A DNA stretch of 64,000 nucleotides, taken from an uncultured Anaerolineales bacterium (GTDB lineage: Bacteria; Chloroflexota; Anaerolineae; B4-G1). The notes beneath the pieces were generated by a model. It did no database searches and was not told where the DNA came from. It worked only from the letters and a program-made list of their open reading frames with translations. This document shows positions 60,592 to 64,000 of this stretch, piece after piece; positions within the stretch are counted from its first letter, which is position 1, and every line of letters begins with the position of its first letter. The stretch is from assembly GCA_964542755.1 (NCBI GenBank), contig CAZIWL010000005.1:12439-76438 (forward strand), in the 5' to 3' direction. Made by a program: the position numbers and the translations under genes.

Positions 60592-62598
60592 TTACCTCCG
60601 GCAGGATTGTACCAGACCCAATACCAAAAGGAAAGCAAACGCCAGATCCGGAAAGAAGAACGACGCGTCGACCATACCGTGGGCCACCGTGTAGGCCACA
60701 GACCCGACCAGGCCTATCGAAAGTGCCCGATGACCCTCGCCATTCGCACCTAGCGCCCCCAGGCTGGCGCTCCAGAAGGCGGCGTGTAGCCCCAGACCGG
60801 CCGCCAGCCCCACGATGCCCAGGCGCGTGAGATAGGTAAGAACGATGTTGTGCGCATGGGAGAGATGCGGTTCTTGCCAGGCCGCCGGTAAGATGTACCG
60901 TCCACGGTAGGCATAGAGGAAGTTGTCCGGCCCGACCCCAAGCCAGGGGTGATCCCTCACCATACTCACCGACGAGCGCCAAAGCTGTAGCCGGAAGAAG
61001 AGGGTTCCGCTATGTGGGTCGAAGAGACCCCGGAAGCGCGGCGTGCCAAGCAGAGGGGTCAGGCTCAGGCCCACCACCAGGAGCAAGGCGAGAGAGATCC
61101 ATCGCCACCGCCCACCCGCTGCCAGGCCCATCACCAGGAGCGCGCACGGAATGCCCAGGAGAATCGCCGCGCGCGAGAAACTGAACAGGATGGCCAGAGC
61201 GATGGGCGGTGTGAGCAATCGATACACGGTTCGACGGTTGCCTGATCGGCCCAAGACGGTCACCGCCAGCAGCACGGGCAGCACTCTCCCGAGATAGAGG
61301 GCCGCGTTGTTCGGTGACCCGTAGACAGAGCGCAGACGGCGGAAGCCTCCCTCCGCCGTGATGACGTTGATGTCGAAAGCGTACTGGGCTAGTCCAATCA
61401 GGGCTACGGCGGCTCCGCCTGCCACGAGGCCATCGACGATCCGCCACCGTCCTCCCCTGTTGACCAACCGGGTGGTCCTGAGCATCACGTAGAAGAGCGC
61501 CGGCTCCAGGAGGGTCACGCGGAGCTCGCGCAAAGCCACGTGAGGGCGCTGGGCGAAGAGCGTCGCCGCCGCTGCGGTCACCACCAACAGGAGTACCGCC
61601 CGGTCGGCCCAGGAAAGTGACCAAGCGCCGTGCATAATGGCCCGGCGCTGCTTGATCTGTCTCACGCCCCATGAGACGAGGCTGAGCAGCGTCAGAATCT
61701 CGGCCAAGGAGAACGCCTTGCCTAGCAAGGGGCGCGGGTGAAGATAGAGGGGCGCGCTGAACGCGACCATCGCCAGACCCAGATCGAGCCGCAGCATCAC
61801 CAGGGCTGCCGCTGCCAGTCCGCTGACCAGCGTCACAGGCCACCACGGCGAGATGTAGAAGACCCCAACCGCGAGGAGCAGCGTCACCGGAGCGGTCAGC
61901 GTCCTGTCGAGGGATCCCAGATCCAGCGGTAGCCGAGTTGGGACGGAGACGGAGGCCAGACCGTCCGCCGCTCTGCCGGCAGGATCCGTAGATGCTCTTC
62001 CTGTGCCAAGTACCGATGCCAAGACGGACGTGAGGCAGATGGCGGTTCCTGCTGTCAGCGCCTTGAGGATGTGATCGTAGACCGCGGTGCTCGGACCCGA
62101 CTGTACGCTCCATCCGACCAGCGGGAACTGCCCCCAGCCCCGATCCGCGATCACCTGTGCCACGTGGGGTCCGTCCTCGAGGCCCCCAGCTACCTGGACG
62201 AGATCCACCTCCGGTTCCGGGCCATACTCCGGCGACGTGAGCACCAAGTAGGCTCCCCGCTCGGTCCGCGGCAGTCGGTTTGCTGGTTCACCGTCGACAC
62301 GGATCCAGAAGTTGGCACGGTAGGTGCCGCGTCTCACTCGCAGCGCCAGCCCCGTGCCCTGGAAGGGGATGCTGACCTGATCGGTGCCGGACAAGCTGCC
62401 GAGCTCGCTGGGGTCCGCCCCCAGGGGAGAGAGCGTCCAGTCTCCCTCCCAGTCCGCCTCGCCGGTCAGGGGGGTATAGGTCAACGCCTCCTGGTGGAGA
62501 CCCGCTCGATGCTTGATTGCCGACACGAACCCGATCGCTGCCAGGAACAGGATGAGTGCAGCAAGACAGATACGCGCCCAGTGACTGGAGAATTTCAC
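60592..62598 (-). CDS. Large O-antigen-ligase-domain membrane protein with N-terminal periplasmic domain
   Basis: 668 aa. N-terminal TM, then about 200-aa soluble domain, then a Wzy_C-like polytopic region with HAHN.VL..L...G. Confidence 0.65.
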   Translation of the reverse strand: MKFSSHWARICLAALILFLAAIGFVSAIKHRAGLHQEALTYTPLTGEADWEGDWTLSPLGADPSELGSLSGTDQVSIPFQGTGLALRVRRGTYRANFWIRVDGEPANRLPRTERGAYLVLTSPEYGPEPEVDLVQVAGGLEDGPHVAQVIADRGWGQFPLVGWSVQSGPSTAVYDHILKALTAGTAICLTSVLASVLGTGRASTDPAGRAADGLASVSVPTRLPLDLGSLDRTLTAPVTLLLAVGVFYISPWWPVTLVSGLAAAALVMLRLDLGLAMVAFSAPLYLHPRPLLGKAFSLAEILTLLSLVSWGVRQIKQRRAIMHGAWSLSWADRAVLLLVVTAAAATLFAQRPHVALRELRVTLLEPALFYVMLRTTRLVNRGGRWRIVDGLVAGGAAVALIGLAQYAFDINVITAEGGFRRLRSVYGSPNNAALYLGRVLPVLLAVTVLGRSGNRRTVYRLLTPPIALAILFSFSRAAILLGIPCALLVMGLAAGGRWRWISLALLLVVGLSLTPLLGTPRFRGLFDPHSGTLFFRLQLWRSSVSMVRDHPWLGVGPDNFLYAYRGRYILPAAWQEPHLSHAHNIVLTYLTRLGIVGLAAGLGLHAAFWSASLGALGANGEGHRALSIGLVGSVAYTVAHGMVDASFFFPDLAFAFLLVLGLVQSCRR

Positions 62599-62661
62599 CG
62601 GTGTATCAGCGTACAGATGCTCGGAGGTTGAACGGGAACCAGGGGGCTGGCCCAGGATAGA

Positions 62662-64000
62662 TCAGTCTGGTCGTGGATGCCAGGAATCATCGCCGTGCCA
62701 ATCATGGGGCTCTGGCGTCTCCTCTCCGTCGCCGACGTCAACGTCTGGCGTCGAAGTCGAGTCCCCGCCCGATGCATCTTCGCCCGGAATTGCATCATTG
62801 TGCGGGGTGGCTTCCTCGTGCGGGGGATGGATCTCCGGGCCGAACCTCTCATCGGTGTCCTCGGCCGGGCTCGGCGCGTCCGGCGTAGCTATCTCGCTGG
62901 CTTCATCCCCGGGCGTCCCTTCCTCCGGCCTGGTGTCCGTGTCAGAGCCACTGTCATGGGTGTCCACCCCTAAGCCCGCGTCCCAGGTGCCCGGTTGCCA
63001 CTCCACGTTCGTCGTGCCGCCAGCCACCGTCATTTGATGCACGCCTGGATCGGGCTCGCCGACGTCGATCAGATAGAGGTTTTCTTGATAGACGGTCACG
63101 ATCTGATCGCCTATGGGACTCCAGGCCATCTCTGGGTACTCGAAACCCATCTCCTCGGCGCTGGGAAAGACTTGTCTGCGGTCGGATCCATCGCGATCCA
63201 TCACATGAAGATCGTAACTGCTCGTCTGGCTCGCATAGGGGCTCCGGGCCCGGCCAAAGGCGATCAGACCTGTCCTTGGCGCGAACGTGGGCCACGCCCA
63301 CATACCGGCCTCGCTCGATAACTCGGCGGTGATCGCTCCGTCGGCGCTGAGGGCCCATACGTCGAATACCGGGCTGTCCTCCGGCTCGCCACGGGCTGGG
63401 CTCGGTCCGTGCAGGGTCGTGACGATGTATGCCCCTTCCGGAGACCATCCCACGGTGGGCGTCCAGACCCAGGGGGCGTAGGTGCGGTACGGTGCGAACC
63501 GGAACAGGGGCCTCTCCCATCCGTCGTAGGCGCGGACTACCCCGACCTCGTCGGGAGAGGCGTAGGCCAGGTCTCGCCCATCAGGGGACCAGGCGTATGT
63601 TGTGCCCCACCAACTATACGAGCCTGCACGGTCGGGTTGCAGAACCTGGCGCTTCCCGATGAGGTCGCCGGTGCTGGGCCGCGGTCGGGCTACCCACAGG
63701 TCATTCTCGGCCCGCCAACCCGGATTACCGTCTGTTGGGGCGCCGGTCGTGTAGGCAATGCGGCAGCGGCTTCCGTCGTTCAGCACCTCACAGGCCGGGT
63801 CCCAGGCTGCCCACAGGACGCCGTCCACATCCAGTCTCACCGGCTCTGGGTTAGCCGCGGATCCGTCGACAACCCACATTGTATTCAAGGGGGCGCTCTC
63901 GCCCGTCTCCGTCGGGGCGCGACTGTAAAGCAGGTGGGTGCCGTCGGAGGAGAGGCTGAAGACCCGTCCATCCAGGTCGCCGGTGTGAGTCAGCCGCCGT
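62662..64000 (-). CDS. TolB-like WD40/PD40 beta-propeller protein with acidic low-complexity C-terminal tail (5-prime end beyond window)
   Basis: PD40-like repeats (WSPDGRDLAY, WSPEGAYIV, FSLSSDGTHLLYS in the region past the listed ORF start). The frame stays open to the window edge. Confidence 0.6.
   Translation of the reverse strand, partial: RRLTHTGDLDGRVFSLSSDGTHLLYSRAPTETGESAPLNTMWVVDGSAANPEPVRLDVDGVLWAAWDPACEVLNDGSRCRIAYTTGAPTDGNPGWRAENDLWVARPRPSTGDLIGKRQVLQPDRAGSYSWWGTTYAWSPDGRDLAYASPDEVGVVRAYDGWERPLFRFAPYRTYAPWVWTPTVGWSPEGAYIVTTLHGPSPARGEPEDSPVFDVWALSADGAITAELSSEAGMWAWPTFAPRTGLIAFGRARSPYASQTSSYDLHVMDRDGSDRRQVFPSAEEMGFEYPEMAWSPIGDQIVTVYQENLYLIDVGEPDPGVHQMTVAGGTTNVEWQPGTWDAGLGVDTHDSGSDTDTRPEEGTPGDEASEIATPDAPSPAEDTDERFGPEIHPPHEEATPHNDAIPGEDASGGDSTSTPDVDVGDGEETPEPHDWHGDDSWHPRPD

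Noticed and set aside
1-64000. tRNA, rRNA or tmRNA genes
   Set aside because: No cloverleaf-consistent GGTTCGAATCC-type T-arm motifs or rRNA-like conserved stretches were found on scanning.

Overview
High-GC (roughly 60-65%) bacterial chromosomal segment, dense in genes on both strands. The lineage is not determinable from sequence alone; the abundance of eukaryotic-type Ser/Thr kinases, a ClpB+ClpC pair and the gene content are compatible with a Chloroflexota/Actinomycetota-like organism (inference only). No rRNA, tRNA or CRISPR is visible.

Main blocks (window coordinates):
- 0.1-9.8 kb: methyl-transfer gene set. B12-binding radical SAM enzyme, HTH regulator, RicT/PSP1 protein, a pterin-binding MtrH/MtgA-like methyltransferase, two non-Pyl MttB-superfamily methyltransferases, CutA, and a Cys-dense Fe-S protein. 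A decayed NuoI-like ferredoxin pseudogene and a 5-unit tandem repeat array sit at 2.7-3.3 kb.
- 10-24 kb: proteostasis/translation neighbourhood. rplY, DnaJ/CbpA-like protein, HtrA protease, a bacterial eRF1/Pelota-like (baeRF) protein, QueG-like Fe-S protein, a Ser/Thr kinase fused to an FGE-sulfatase domain, then ClpB and ClpC in tandem. Two Hsp20 genes follow at 38-39 kb.
- 24-30 kb: DegV, a multi-zinc-ribbon protein, a GT-C membrane glycosyltransferase, small membrane proteins, and a beta-lactamase-like gene truncated by an IS21 istB remnant.
- 30.7-36.6 kb: signalling module. PQQ-propeller Ser/Thr kinase, PP2C phosphatase, J-domain-vWA fusion, zinc-ribbon-FHA protein, small ORF, orphan OmpR-type response regulator.
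- 36.6-38.2 kb: decayed patch with a GNAT gene carrying an in-frame amber codon.
- 39-54 kb: MgtC; a CSD protein with a 9-bp coding microsatellite; XdhC; MFS transporter; APH-like phosphotransferase; histidine phosphatase; a frameshifted HemW; metallophosphoesterase; a divergent GS..DxD nucleotidyltransferase; tocopherol-cyclase-like protein; SAM methyltransferase; a two-component system; GrpB.
- 54-64 kb: cell-surface glycan locus. GT4, GtrA, two O-antigen-ligase-like polytopic proteins, UDP-xylose synthase, macro-domain protein, DUF4230, and a TolB-like propeller that runs off the window end.

Most notable observations: a roughly 165-bp MITE-like element family with 21-bp terminal inverted repeats and internal GGTGC-N3-GCACC palindromes, present in 4 intergenic copies. 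A bacterial eRF1-like protein embedded among chaperone/protease genes. A perfect 16-bp palindrome overlapping the clpC promoter. A cGAS/OAS-like minimal nucleotidyltransferase of unknown function. Several disrupted genes (frameshifts, in-frame TAGs, IS remnant).
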